DNA of 64,000 bases from an uncultured Chloroflexia bacterium (GTDB lineage Bacteria > Chloroflexota > UBA6077 > JACCZL01): the NCBI GenBank assembly GCA_963765765.1, contig CAVXYC010000014.1, forward strand, positions 288,001 through 352,000. The letters run 5' to 3'. The notes beneath the pieces are model-generated. The model was not told the origin of the DNA and made no database searches. It worked only from the letters and a program-made list of their open reading frames with translations. Positions 18,563 through 28,660 of this stretch are shown here, piece after piece (position 1 is the stretch's first letter; every line of letters begins with the position of its first letter). Both the position numbers and the translations under genes were made by a program.

Positions 18563-21316
18563 ATGGCGCTAGAGGCGATTCCGACAATTAGGAGAGAACC
18601 CCCTAGCCGTCCGGGCTCGCGATTCTCATGCCCACGGGCACCGATCGACCTTGTCGTCCGCCCACGTCTCCTTACGCAGCTAGATCGCGGGCTTTCGGGC
18701 AAGCTTATTCTGGTCTCAGCTCCGGTCGGATCCGGGAAGACCACTCTGGTCAGCTCATGGTTGGCGACGCATGAAGCTGTGGCCTGGATTGCCCTGGAGC
18801 ATCGCGATGACAGCCTTCACGAATTCATATGCAGGCTGTTTGCCGCACTCCTAACCGTCATTCCGAGAGAAGGCGACCCTACAATCGGATCGCTCTATCG
18901 CGGAGATGACTCTTCTCAGGATCACCTCGCTCTCGCTCTATCAGACGAGCTGGCCAATCCGGGTCGCGACGTGGTTATCGTGCTTGACGACTTTCATGTG
19001 ATTCAGGCGCCTGAGGTGCATGCATTTCTGGCTGATCTCATAAAACACTTGCCGCCTCAGGTCCACCTGGTCGTTTTATCTCGCACCGACCCACCACTGC
19101 CGATTGGCCGACTTCGGGCCCAGGATGACCTGGTCGAGATTCGATATCCGCAGCTCGCATTTACGAGAGACGAACAACGCGAATTTTTGTCTCTGGCATT
19201 CGGTGTAGCCCCGAGTGTCGAGGCTGTGACGGCAATCGATCAACGCATGGAGGGCTGGGTCACTGGACTCCGACTCCATGTCCTGGCGCAATCGCAGGGG
19301 CCGCAAGCCGAGGGGCCGCCGCAAGCCCAGGTGTCGACAGCATTCAATGAACCTCTGTATGCACGCGAGTTTCTGATCAACGAAGTGCTTGCGGCGCAAG
19401 CCGCCGACGTTCAGGCCGTTCTGCTTCGAGCTTCAGTGCCGAGCCAGATCTGCGGACCGCTACTGGATGCGCTGTGCGGCGATGTAGCCGTTTTGGATGA
19501 AGGAATCGATCGGCTCGAGACCGTCGTTCGCGCGAACGTCTTTCTTTTCCCGGCCGATGGAGGCGGAACCTGGTATCGATTTCATCCTCTTTTCCGAGAA
19601 GCGCTAATTCACAAGCTGAAGTCAGACTCAAGCGCCGCTACACTTGCCGACTTACATTTACGGGCCAGTGAATGGCTTGTAGCTCACGGTCGTGTTGAAG
19701 AAGGTATTGACCACGCGCTGGAGGCGGGAGATCCTGAACGAGCGGCTGTTCTGTTGGAAGAGACTGACCATTCCGTGGTGCTTGGCGGAGAAAGTGCAGC
19801 ACTCCTCGCTCGATCGTTGCACAAACTGCCCTGGAGTTTGATCGTCGCGCGTCCGGCACTCCTGATGATTCAGATCTGGGTGCATCTATTGCGGTGGCGT
19901 CTGGACGACGTACCGCCTCTACTGCATATCGTTGAACGGCTTCTGGAATCGACAAGCCTCGATAAAGAGAGCCAAGAACTGCGCATGCTTCGCGCGGAGC
20001 TCAGCTGTCAGTGGAGCTGGCTATTCAACGCTTGCCACGATCATGAGAACGCGCTTGCCGCCGCTGAACAGGCGCTGGAGTATGCTCCCGCGGGCTGGTC
20101 CTTCGTGCGCCGCCGCGCCGAAGTCGCGCGCGCGTTCGCATTGCAGATGCTCGGACGAACGGATGAAGCGATCACATGGCTGAATGCGCTGTACGAGGAG
20201 GACACGCTTGTGGGCGCTCCACGACTGACGTCCTCACTCTACGCTCTGGCGCGGATCTATGTAAATCTGCTGCAGCTCGAGAACGCTGAAATAATTGCCC
20301 GTAGACTCCTGGCTCACGGTAGCGACTCCCATCAAGCCTCTCCAACAGCGTGGGGCCATTTTTACCTTGGACTGCTGTGCTACGAGCAGAACGATCTTCT
20401 AGGGGCGAGGGAGCATCTCCGTGCAGCGTTGGCATGGCGTGATGCGCTGAAGCTCAGTGGAATCGTTGATGCCACGATGGCGCTGGCATTGACCGACCAT
20501 GCCCTTGGTGATCCAGAGGAAGCCATTGTCGCGCTAGACGAGCTGTCAGATCTGCTCGAAGAGATCAGCTCCTGGAATTTTCTAGCACATGTCCAGGGTC
20601 TCCGCGCTCGAATCGATCTGGAGCAGGGGGATCTCGAAGCCGCTTCGAATACGCTCAAGCGAATCGGGAGTGTACGCGGAACTGGGGCCTCGTTCGTAGA
20701 GGAACCGCGGGTCACGAGAATTCGGTGTCTCCTTCTGCACGATACGCCTGCGTCAATCGTTGAGGCCGAAGCGTTGCTGCAAGATCTCGCGTCCAGTGGT
20801 GGCGTCGGTCCTCATCCCCGGAATCGACTCCGAGCGGACCTTCTGCGCGCACTGGTGCTCGAGGCTCGTTCGGACAGTTCCGGCGCATTGATAGTTCTCG
20901 AGGATGCCGTGGAACGTGCCCGTCCAGCCGGCCTGGTGCGGAGTTTCGTTGATTTTGGCCCACCGATGCTCGAGCTTTTGACCAAACTAGCTCGACGCAA
21001 GCAATCGGCCGACCCATTCATCGAACGTCTCACTGACGCCTTCCCCCAAACTGCACCCCGACCGATCGGCCCATTGCCACACGGTACAGGTCAAGACCTG
21101 GCTCTCGAGCTTGTCGAGCCGCTCACCTGGCGAGAGCTCGACATCCTCGAGCTCATTGCTCACCGCCTCTCGAACAAGGAGATCGCGACCAAGTTAACCA
21201 TCTCGCCCCTCACGGTGAAGCGGCACTCGATCAATATCTACCAGAAGCTTCAGGTGGGCGGAAGACGAGAAGCGGTGGAAAAAGCCACGGATTTGGGGCT
21301 CCTGGGTCCCACCTGA
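18563..21316 (+). CDS. MalT-like STAND ATPase-TPR-LuxR regulator 3
   Basis: APVGSGKTT, IVLDDFH, MEGWVTGL, WYRFHPLF, EPLTWRELDIL..SNKEIA..ISPLTVKRH; RBS GAGGAG. Confidence 0.93.
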   Translation: MALEAIPTIRREPPSRPGSRFSCPRAPIDLVVRPRLLTQLDRGLSGKLILVSAPVGSGKTTLVSSWLATHEAVAWIALEHRDDSLHEFICRLFAALLTVIPREGDPTIGSLYRGDDSSQDHLALALSDELANPGRDVVIVLDDFHVIQAPEVHAFLADLIKHLPPQVHLVVLSRTDPPLPIGRLRAQDDLVEIRYPQLAFTRDEQREFLSLAFGVAPSVEAVTAIDQRMEGWVTGLRLHVLAQSQGPQAEGPPQAQVSTAFNEPLYAREFLINEVLAAQAADVQAVLLRASVPSQICGPLLDALCGDVAVLDEGIDRLETVVRANVFLFPADGGGTWYRFHPLFREALIHKLKSDSSAATLADLHLRASEWLVAHGRVEEGIDHALEAGDPERAAVLLEETDHSVVLGGESAALLARSLHKLPWSLIVARPALLMIQIWVHLLRWRLDDVPPLLHIVERLLESTSLDKESQELRMLRAELSCQWSWLFNACHDHENALAAAEQALEYAPAGWSFVRRRAEVARAFALQMLGRTDEAITWLNALYEEDTLVGAPRLTSSLYALARIYVNLLQLENAEIIARRLLAHGSDSHQASPTAWGHFYLGLLCYEQNDLLGAREHLRAALAWRDALKLSGIVDATMALALTDHALGDPEEAIVALDELSDLLEEISSWNFLAHVQGLRARIDLEQGDLEAASNTLKRIGSVRGTGASFVEEPRVTRIRCLLLHDTPASIVEAEALLQDLASSGGVGPHPRNRLRADLLRALVLEARSDSSGALIVLEDAVERARPAGLVRSFVDFGPPMLELLTKLARRKQSADPFIERLTDAFPQTAPRPIGPLPHGTGQDLALELVEPLTWRELDILELIAHRLSNKEIATKLTISPLTVKRHSINIYQKLQVGGRREAVEKATDLGLLGPT

Positions 21317-21402
21317 TCTGCTCAGACTCCTGCCAGCGTCCCTGGCAAGAGTGGGCGGAGAAGCGCAATACGGTATTGGGTCGAGACGCGTGTCTGCCCA
21401 GC

Positions 21403-21652
21403 TCAATTTTCGCGCGACCGGTGGCGGAAGCGAACCCATCGGAACATCGCGTCGTCACCACGCCCGCAAGGTGATCCGGCCGCCGCGTAGGCAATCCGAA
21501 GACGGATCATGACGGGCGTGGCCGCCCGCCGCAGCGCTCCCATTGCCTCATCGGTCGGATCAGAGTCGAAGGCCTCCACTGCAATTCTGAAACGTGCCAA
21601 CGAGGGCCAGATCGGCAGGTTCGAAACCGGCTCGGTATGAGGAATTGGTCAT
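21403..21652 (-). CDS. Small helical hypothetical protein ('YxAAG...MFRW' family), 1-bp indel near 21600
   Basis: RBS AGGAG-acc-ATG at 21652; the corrected product aligns with the 46338-46616 protein. Confidence 0.7.
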
Positions 21653-21998
21653 GGTCTCCTGTCCGCGTCCCTCGGAGCTGCTGGAGCTCATATCGGCGTC
21701 TCCTCTGAGTCCACTATCAGAAACGATGAGTAGCGCCTATTCTCGTCCGTTCATATTCAGGACCGGATAAACAACAGGACCGCATAAACGACGCTTGCCG
21801 TCGCGCTTCAATCAATCGGGCGGAGCCGCCCTCCCCGTGTGCGTTTCCAGCGCCTCGTCCTTGGGGCGGGCTCGAGATTGGGCTCTGTTCACAGATACGC
21901 TGGCGAGCCACTCTCTTACAGGCTATGGCAGGAAAGTCAGCCGTTGGGTAACTGATTGACACAATCCGGCAGGTACAGACGTCACAAGTCTGCCGCTG

Positions 21999-22026
21999 TT
22001 GACACCGAGCCAGCCCACCCTAGCAT
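21999..22026 (+). promoter_or_regulatory. Sigma70-type promoter candidate
   Basis: TTGACA, 16 nt, TAGCAT upstream of the receiver-domain gene. Confidence 0.45.
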
Positions 22027-22174
22027 TCGCTGACGAGCGTGATCTCATTGGACGTGATTGTTACACGGGCCAATGGTGCCGCTTGGTACTGGGCCCCACG
22101 GGGCGCCGCATCACAGCATGAGCGTTAAGCGGGTGCCTCCGTGTGCGAGTCACCCAGAATTCGGAGGTGTGGGC

Positions 22175-22648
22175 GTGAATTCCTGGGTGAACTCCGCCGG
22201 GGAACGACCCCTTGCGGTCGTATTGGATGAGAATCCGTCTCTTCAATATTTCATGCGAGAGGCGCTCACCTGGCTCGAAGGATTCGCAATCGAGATTGCA
22301 TGCCCATGCGCGGCCGCGGTAGATCTCGTGCGCGTTACCCGACCCGACATAGTCATCATCGATCCGACAATTGGCTCGGTCCGCATCGATTGGAATCTTG
22401 TCGCGATGCTCAGGCAATGCCCCGAAACACAGTCGATCCCCATCGTCGTCTATCTCACTACTGCCAGCGATCCAGTCGTCGTCTCGGCTGCCAGCCAGTA
22501 CGGGGTCTTCTTACTTCAAAAACCGTTCGAGCTAGACGCCTTGATTGACGTCATCCACCAGGCGTTACGACCACGACCTACGTCAGGGCATCACGAGAAA
22601 GCTTTGAAAAGTGACGTACTGTGTCAATCATTGATGAGCAGCGATTGA
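22175..22648 (+). CDS. Stand-alone response regulator receiver (CheY-like) protein
   Basis: VVLDEN, RPDIVIID, LRQCPETQSIPIVV, LQKPFELDAL; GGAGG RBS before GTG 22175. Confidence 0.8.
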   Translation: MNSWVNSAGERPLAVVLDENPSLQYFMREALTWLEGFAIEIACPCAAAVDLVRVTRPDIVIIDPTIGSVRIDWNLVAMLRQCPETQSIPIVVYLTTASDPVVVSAASQYGVFLLQKPFELDALIDVIHQALRPRPTSGHHEKALKSDVLCQSLMSSD

Positions 22649-22888
22649 TCGACGTCGGGCCGACCTGGCGGGCCTCCTGCAGGGCCGAATGTCACAAAAC
22701 GGCGCGCAAGCTGATGGCAGGTAACGAACGACACAAATTTGAGGTTGTTCATCACGGGTTGGTGGTATCAGACGGCATCAGGGCCAAGGTCAGACTGGCT
22801 GTACCTTGGTGATTAGCGAGTGACATCAGAGTTCTCCTGGGCGGCTGAATGTGTCATACAGGAGAACAGATTTCTCAAGGGGGCTGAA

Positions 22889-23491
22889 ATGGCCGCGGCA
22901 CCTGTTGTAGAAGACCGGACGCTTCCCTGGTGGGTAGTCCTCTGCGAAGGTATTGCAGCCATTGTGGTCGGCGTTTTGCTGCTGGCCGCGCCCGACGCTA
23001 CCCTGGAGCTCGTCATCCAGGTTTTTGGCCTCTTCTGGCTGGTGGGCGGGATTCTCAGAGTCGTCAGCGCCTTCACCGATCCGGTGGATCGAGCGGTCAA
23101 ATTGGAAGCCGGCGTCGTAGGCATTCTGGGCGGAATCGCCGTCATGCTGCGGCCTCTCTGGCTCGCAAACCTCCTCACCTGGACGTTGGTAGTGGTCCTG
23201 GGGTCGGTGGGCCTGATCATCGGCGCTATCTCTCTCTACCACGCCTTCCATGAAGGAGGATGGGGCGCCGGGGCGGTCGGCGTTATAAGCTTGCTGTTTG
23301 GCGTAGCGCTGCTATTGAATCCGTTGATCAATGAGGTCGCCTGGGTCTCCTTCTACGGGTGGATCGCTCTCATTTGCGGCATCGTCGCGGTGGTCATCTC
23401 ATTCGCCATGCGTCGTGATTCCCCTCCCAGGAGATCTGCACGTAGCTCCGTGCCCGTGGCCGGTACAGAATCTCACGGCAGTACCGTCTGA
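22889..23491 (+). CDS. HdeD/DUF308 family membrane protein
   Basis: WWVVLCEGIAAIVVGVLLLAAP..GLFWLVGGI, WGAGAVGVISLLFG..LLLNP; paralog of 53261-53785. Confidence 0.85.
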   Translation: MAAAPVVEDRTLPWWVVLCEGIAAIVVGVLLLAAPDATLELVIQVFGLFWLVGGILRVVSAFTDPVDRAVKLEAGVVGILGGIAVMLRPLWLANLLTWTLVVVLGSVGLIIGAISLYHAFHEGGWGAGAVGVISLLFGVALLLNPLINEVAWVSFYGWIALICGIVAVVISFAMRRDSPPRRSARSSVPVAGTESHGSTV

Positions 23492-23587
23492 CATGAGTGC
23501 CGTGGCGCCGCACCGCATCCTCCAGGAGCTCTCTCGAGTGGCCCGCTCGGTTGAAACAAGGGCGAACGAAATGCCGTGGAGGTTGCC

Positions 23588-24248
23588 ATGACCGAAGATA
23601 TGCACACCGATGTCCTGGTCACACCGGACGAGGTTGAGATTCAGGTCGTAGGCGTCGGACGCCGCCTCGTGGCGATGGCTCTTGACGCGGTCTTTGTGGC
23701 ATTCCTTTCAATGATCGGTGCAGCTCTCGCTGGCATGGCTGGGCTTGTGCTGTCGTCACTGAATTCCAGTGACGCGGAGGCCGTGTCCAATCGGTTCATT
23801 ATTGCTTTTGGCTTGACGATCTCAGTGATCTATTTCATTGGATGCTGGGCCAGTGGAGGTCAGACGCTTGGCGATTACGCGGCCTACGATCCGGGTCGTG
23901 AGTAACGATGGATCCCGCGTCTCATGGGGGAAGGCGACGATGCGTTTCATTGGCTACATCGTAAGCGCAATTCCCATGTCAATCGGATTCCTATGGATCG
24001 CTTTCGATAGCCATCGCCAGGGATGGCACGACAAGATTGCCCACACGTATGTCATTCCGTCAGATCAGCAGTTCTCGCCGGGGGAAGCAGTGAGATTCAC
24101 ACCCACCGACCCGGAGCGTAGCTGGATCTGGATTGCCATCTGGGGCGTGTTGGCCTTCGTTGCTCCGGGTGTCTTAATCGCCGCGAGTGTGTGGGTACTT
24201 GGACCGTTTATGAACCATCTCATTCGATCCCTCGCCGGCGTAACGTGA
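23588..24248 (+). CDS. RDD family membrane protein, frameshift near 23880
   Basis: GRRLVAMALD (R,D) and GQTLG in the first ORF; IRVV..G..W.KA.MR and RQGWHDKIAHTYV in the second. Confidence 0.88.
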
Positions 24249-24350
24249 TTTCACGCCACGTATTGAGCTGGTGCGGGCCAGAATCGTTTCAATCCCGCGG
24301 CGATCTCATCTCGAGAACGACTGTTCTCAGAAACCAAGGAGAAAAGTCTG

Positions 24351-24596
24351 ATGGCAGTACTACGTATTCTTTCCCGACTCGGTGACTCAAGACTGGAGTG
24401 GGACGCCGACGCTGTCGCGCAAGGAGATGCCGAGGCAATGGCGGCCGTCCAGGAAGCTGAGCGTATCTTCGCGACAGAGCGATCGCGAGGATCCGTTGCT
24501 TTCCGAATTTTCCACGGGCGCCCCGCACAGCGCATGGACAGTTTCGACCCGGCAGCCGATGACGTCGTCATTGTCCCGCGAGTCGCGGGCGGCTGA
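24351..24596 (+). CDS. 81-aa protein with C-terminal Gly-Gly (ubiquitin/MoaD/ThiS-like tail)
   Basis: Strong RBS AAGGAG; ends FDPAADDVVIVPRVAGG-stop. Confidence 0.85.
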   Translation: MAVLRILSRLGDSRLEWDADAVAQGDAEAMAAVQEAERIFATERSRGSVAFRIFHGRPAQRMDSFDPAADDVVIVPRVAGG

Positions 24597-24599
24597 GAG

Positions 24600-25079
24600 A
24601 TGCCCGGTTTCACGTTCGACCTGACAATCGTCCTCGTCATCGGTCTGGTCGGCGCGATGCTGTTCCTGCCTCCATTCGTCGCATCGCGGATTGAGGCAGG
24701 ACGGCGGGCTAAAGTTGATTGGTCCAAGGCTCAATACCGCGCTGAGATGCTGCTCGAGGAGCTGTTGACGGCGTCGGAGTACCAACAGCTCAACCAGCGT
24801 CGCTATCTCGAGGTGGTAAGCCCTTCCAATCCGGAGCGGGCCTATCGGCTACCGAGAGGACCTGGGCGCGTCGCCGTCTTTGAGCGGGGCGTTCACATCG
24901 AGAATCTGTGTGTCCAGCCTGTCGATCAGGTTCCTGAGGGGGACGTTATTCTGACGCACAAGCTCATGATCGAGGGAAGCGAGCAGGAGTACCTTCGCCT
25001 GGCGGTCCACTTTGAGCCCCGTCCACGCATCCCCATGCGTCGGGACAGCGTCGTTAGCTGGTCGGTTTGGCACGACTAG
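24600..25079 (+). CDS. Membrane-anchored hypothetical protein with a single Cys (LCVQP..PEGD..THK), partner of the Gly-Gly protein
   Basis: Starts 3 nt after the previous stop (TGA-gag-ATG); N-terminal TM helix; only Cys is C104. Confidence 0.8.
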   Translation: MPGFTFDLTIVLVIGLVGAMLFLPPFVASRIEAGRRAKVDWSKAQYRAEMLLEELLTASEYQQLNQRRYLEVVSPSNPERAYRLPRGPGRVAVFERGVHIENLCVQPVDQVPEGDVILTHKLMIEGSEQEYLRLAVHFEPRPRIPMRRDSVVSWSVWHD

Positions 25080-25371
25080 TGCTGCGCGTAGCTTCCTCCG
25101 CCTAGCCGGATGCGGGATTCTGCCGTTCCTACTCAGCCGCCAGTGGGAAGTGTGTGAGGGCCTATTCAATGGTGGCCAGTCGGTCAACCTGGATGGTCAG
25201 TGTAGCTCGGCAATCGGTCAGCTCAGCACGGTGGGAGCTCAACAGAACTGGGGCACCGGATCGCGGACCGTTCAGTGCCGAGGAATGATTGACCCGGAAG
25301 GCTGCCGTTCATGATGCCTGAACACCCGCTGCTCCAACTCCTGTGCCCGGCGTAGAATCGCGAGCGGTTCG

Positions 25372-25935
25372 GCCGATGGCGTGGTCATTGCCCGCGAGTC
25401 GCGGGCGGCTGAGAGATGCCCGGTTTCACGTTCGACCTGACAATCGTCCTCGTCATCGGTCTGGTCGGCGCGATGCTGTTCCTGCCTCCATTCGTCGCAT
25501 CGCGGATTGAGGCAGGACGGCGGGCTAAAGTTGATTGGTCCAAGGCTCAATGCCGCGCTGAGATGCTGCTCGAGGAGCTGTTGACGGCGTCGGAGTACCA
25601 GCAGCTCGACCAGCGTCGCTACCTCGAGGTGGTAAGTCCCTCCAATCCGGAGCGAGCCTATCGGCTGCAGCGCATCACTGGGCGAGTCGCCGTCTTCGAG
25701 CGGGCATCCACACCGAAGATCCTGTGTTGTGCCTGCCTGTCGAGCGGATTCCTGATGGCGACATCATTCTGACGCACAAGCTCATGATCGAGGGAAGCGA
25801 GCAGGAGTACCTTCCGCCTGGCGGTCCATTTTGAGCCCCGTCCACACGTTCCCATCCGTCGGGACAACGTTCTCAATTAGTCGATTCGGCACGACCAGAG
25901 CTGGTCGTAGCTTCCTCCGCGGTGTCGGATGCGAG
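25372..25935 (+). pseudogene. Degenerate tandem copy of the Gly-Gly gene 3' end plus its partner gene
   Basis: Near-identical to 24555-25115 for roughly the first 300 nt, then accumulates substitutions and indels; ORF 25416-25772 starts identically to 24600. Confidence 0.85.
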
Positions 25936-27154
25936 CTCCCTGTGGTCCTGTTCGTTGACGCGGACTTCGTCCGTTGCAGGAATGCCCATTTGTTGAGTGT
26001 TCGCCAGACGCGGCGGGTCTGAGCTCGCCCATCATAAGCGCGCGGGCGATGTCAGTGGCGTTGCCTACTTGCAGCAACGCTCGCGTATTGCCCGCCAGCG
26101 CACGAGCGACTTGGAGCTGCTCCCCCTGCCATTCCCACTCAGCCGCTCGTGGGAATTGAGCGAGCGCCGATTCCAGGGCGGCCAGTCGGTCCACCTGTGC
26201 GGCAAGGTCCAGCTCGGCAATCCGGCGCCGGCCTTCTGCCTGCTCGAGTTGGATTCCTGCCGCGTCGGTCTCTCGCTCCACCTTAGCTCGCGTATCCTGT
26301 CGCGCAAGAGCTTCCGCGTTGGCCTGCCGATATTGCGCGAGCGCCTGCTGCTCGGTCTCCTGTGCCCGGCGCAAAATGGCGAGCTGGCGCGCCTCTTCGG
26401 ATGCCAGGAAGTCGGCGGGCGGCCTTGCGCCAATGATGTTGATCTTTGAGATTGTCACGCCGTAGGGCTCAGCCCCGGCAGTCAGCATCGCGCGCAGATC
26501 ATCAGTCTGCCAGGCCGAGAGATCATTGATCTGGTTCCAGCTAATCTGGCGAAGCATTGCTCGAAGGGCGTGCTGCGACACCGCTTGAAGAACCTGATCG
26601 AAGTCACTCGCTGAGATGCTGAAGACAAATTTATAGGGATCCGTGATTGTGAACGTGGTCAGCGCATCGAGCGAAGCGCGAACGTTGTCCTGTGTCGGCG
26701 CGTCGCCGATCGGCACCTCAAACGGAATTTCGCGGCGCGTGACAAAGTGTGAAACGCGAATCCCAGGGCGAATAAAGTGCGTCCCCGCCCCTATGGTCTT
26801 CAAGTAGTGGCCGCGACTCGAGAGCAGAGCGCACACCCCTTCGGGTACTGTGATCAGGACTGCGCGATTGACAGCCAGGAAAAGAAGGGCCAGTCCAATG
26901 CCAAACCCAGCCAGGGACAGCCAGGGACTGGCGAACCCCGACCACAACAGGATGCCGCCGATGATGGCGCCTGCCGCGATACCAACGATGTCGAACCGGA
27001 TCCTCGCAGGGTTGGTCGGCACCACGACGATCGGGGTTCTTCCACTGTCATCACGGTCCGAAAAGGCCTCGTCTACGCGAGCCATTGGAACGCGAACTTG
27101 AGCGAGCTGCGAGTATTCCTGCACGTGAGGCTCCGTGTTCTGGATTTCGGGCAT
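25877..27154 (-). CDS. SPFH/band-7 (stomatin/flotillin-like) membrane protein
   Basis: Two N-terminal TM helices, ITVPEG..G.HFI.P, APTQDNV...D..TFTITDP.KF, YGVTISKINI, Ala/Glu/Gln-rich coiled coil. Confidence 0.88.
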   Translation of the reverse strand: MPEIQNTEPHVQEYSQLAQVRVPMARVDEAFSDRDDSGRTPIVVVPTNPARIRFDIVGIAAGAIIGGILLWSGFASPWLSLAGFGIGLALLFLAVNRAVLITVPEGVCALLSSRGHYLKTIGAGTHFIRPGIRVSHFVTRREIPFEVPIGDAPTQDNVRASLDALTTFTITDPYKFVFSISASDFDQVLQAVSQHALRAMLRQISWNQINDLSAWQTDDLRAMLTAGAEPYGVTISKINIIGARPPADFLASEEARQLAILRRAQETEQQALAQYRQANAEALARQDTRAKVERETDAAGIQLEQAEGRRRIAELDLAAQVDRLAALESALAQFPRAAEWEWQGEQLQVARALAGNTRALLQVGNATDIARALMMGELRPAASGEHSTNGHSCNGRSPRQRTGPQGARIRHRGGSYDQLWSCRID

Positions 27155-27186
27155 CGGACCACGATCCGACGATTAATGGCGGGCGA

Positions 27187-28493
27187 TTATGGTGGTAGCG
27201 GTTGGACACGCCCGTCTGTACCAGACGTGCGTTGAGCAGATTGCGTGTTTCGCGACGCAAGCGGCACTGGCCTCTGTCGTCTGGGAGCTGGCAATGACTC
27301 CCCCGGAAGCAAGCCCGCAGGACGAGCCGGCTCTCCGAAGCGTCCATAGACATACCGATACAGGTCACGACCTACCGCCGCGGCCGGCGCGGCTAGCAGC
27401 AGCCATATCAGCCCAAACTGGCTGAACGCGACGACGACCGTTGCGAGCAGCGCCGGATGCATCGCGACAGCCCGTTGCTCAATGCGCGAACCTAAAAATG
27501 TACCCACGAGCCACTGGACCAGGATGTACAGACCTAGAACCGCAAGTCCGGACTCATTCGAGACTGAGAATCCAGCGATCAACGCCGGGATCACTCCCAG
27601 AATCGGGCCCACCACAGGAATGAGGTGCGAGATGCCCGCAATTAACGCCAGGACGAGCGGGTACGGGATATCGCCACGTTCAGTTTTTCCAGCAGCAGGA
27701 AGCCCGCGAATGTGCCGCTTGCCACGGCGAGCGCCTGCAGCAACAGTCCTCGCAAGTAAGTACCGAAGCTACGGTCGAAGATGCGAACGACTGCCCAGAA
27801 ATCGTCGCGCAGCCAATCGGGCAATACACGGTTGAGCGCCCGCACGCCAGCGCGCTGGTCGGTAAGAACAGATAGCAGCCAGGTGGGTACGGCCAGGAAT
27901 CCCAGCATGAATCCGATCAAATTCAGTAAGCCAAGCGTGCTCGCGATCCCGTAGCTAAGGGCCACCTGTGCGTACACGCCGAAGTTGTCGCGTAAGGCCG
28001 TCGTTCCATTTCGGAGGGCCTCGGCGATGATGGGCTGCAGCGGTTCGGGGAGCCCGCCGAGGAATTCACGTAGCGCAACGAGCCACGATTCCAGCTCGAC
28101 GATTCTCGGTAGCCCGTCTACGAGGTTCGAGACCTGTTCGGCAAGGGGGCGTACCAACACCAGCGCAGAGAACACCAGGGCTATGGCTTCCAGCGCCACG
28201 ACTGTGAGTGCCGCGATGGGACGCGGCATGAATCGATCAAGACCGTTGACCAGCGGCAGAGTGAGGTAGGCGACAACTAATCCGACCTCAAATGGGAGAA
28301 GCGCAAACCAGGATTCCGCCGCGAGCCGACCCACGACCCAGATGGCCAGCGCGACGAGCGCCATCCTCACGATCGCACTCGGTGTGATGGTCTGCAGGCT
28401 TAAGGCCAGCCTTTTCCACGCTGCCCGGCCGCGCGCGGCGTTGGCCGCAAGCGGGCTATCTGCGAGGGGGTCGCTAGCGCTGAGGTCAAACAT
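27187..28493 (-). CDS. AI-2E family transporter, frameshift near 27670
   Basis: LLPF.VGLVVAYL..PLVN.L, FGTYLRG, then IP.VGPILG.IPA, MHPA..ATVVVA..FGLIWLLLAAP. Confidence 0.85.
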
Positions 28494-28660
28494 CGCCGCA
28501 AACGTCTCCTGGAATCGCCTGCCGCCTATGCATTCAGCCTAGTGCCTGATGAACCGACGCCAGATAACAGATGCCACCGATCGTTACTGCCATATGGCAC
28601 CCGCGCCACCAACCGCCACGAGTCATGGCGTCAGCGTATGCGTGGCGAAAGAAAATACAG

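Noticed and set aside
19055-19067. CCTCAGGTCCACC matches the tRNA-Ala 3' end (possible attR)
   Set aside because: Only 13 bp and inside the intact MalT-like 3 coding frame (PPQVHL); a shorter match near 39465 is also intragenic.
24351-24596. Calling the Gly-Gly protein moaD, thiS or pup
   Set aside because: Only the C-terminal strand resembles MoaD/ThiS and no cofactor genes are nearby; Pup ends GGE/GGQ and sits with proteasome genes.
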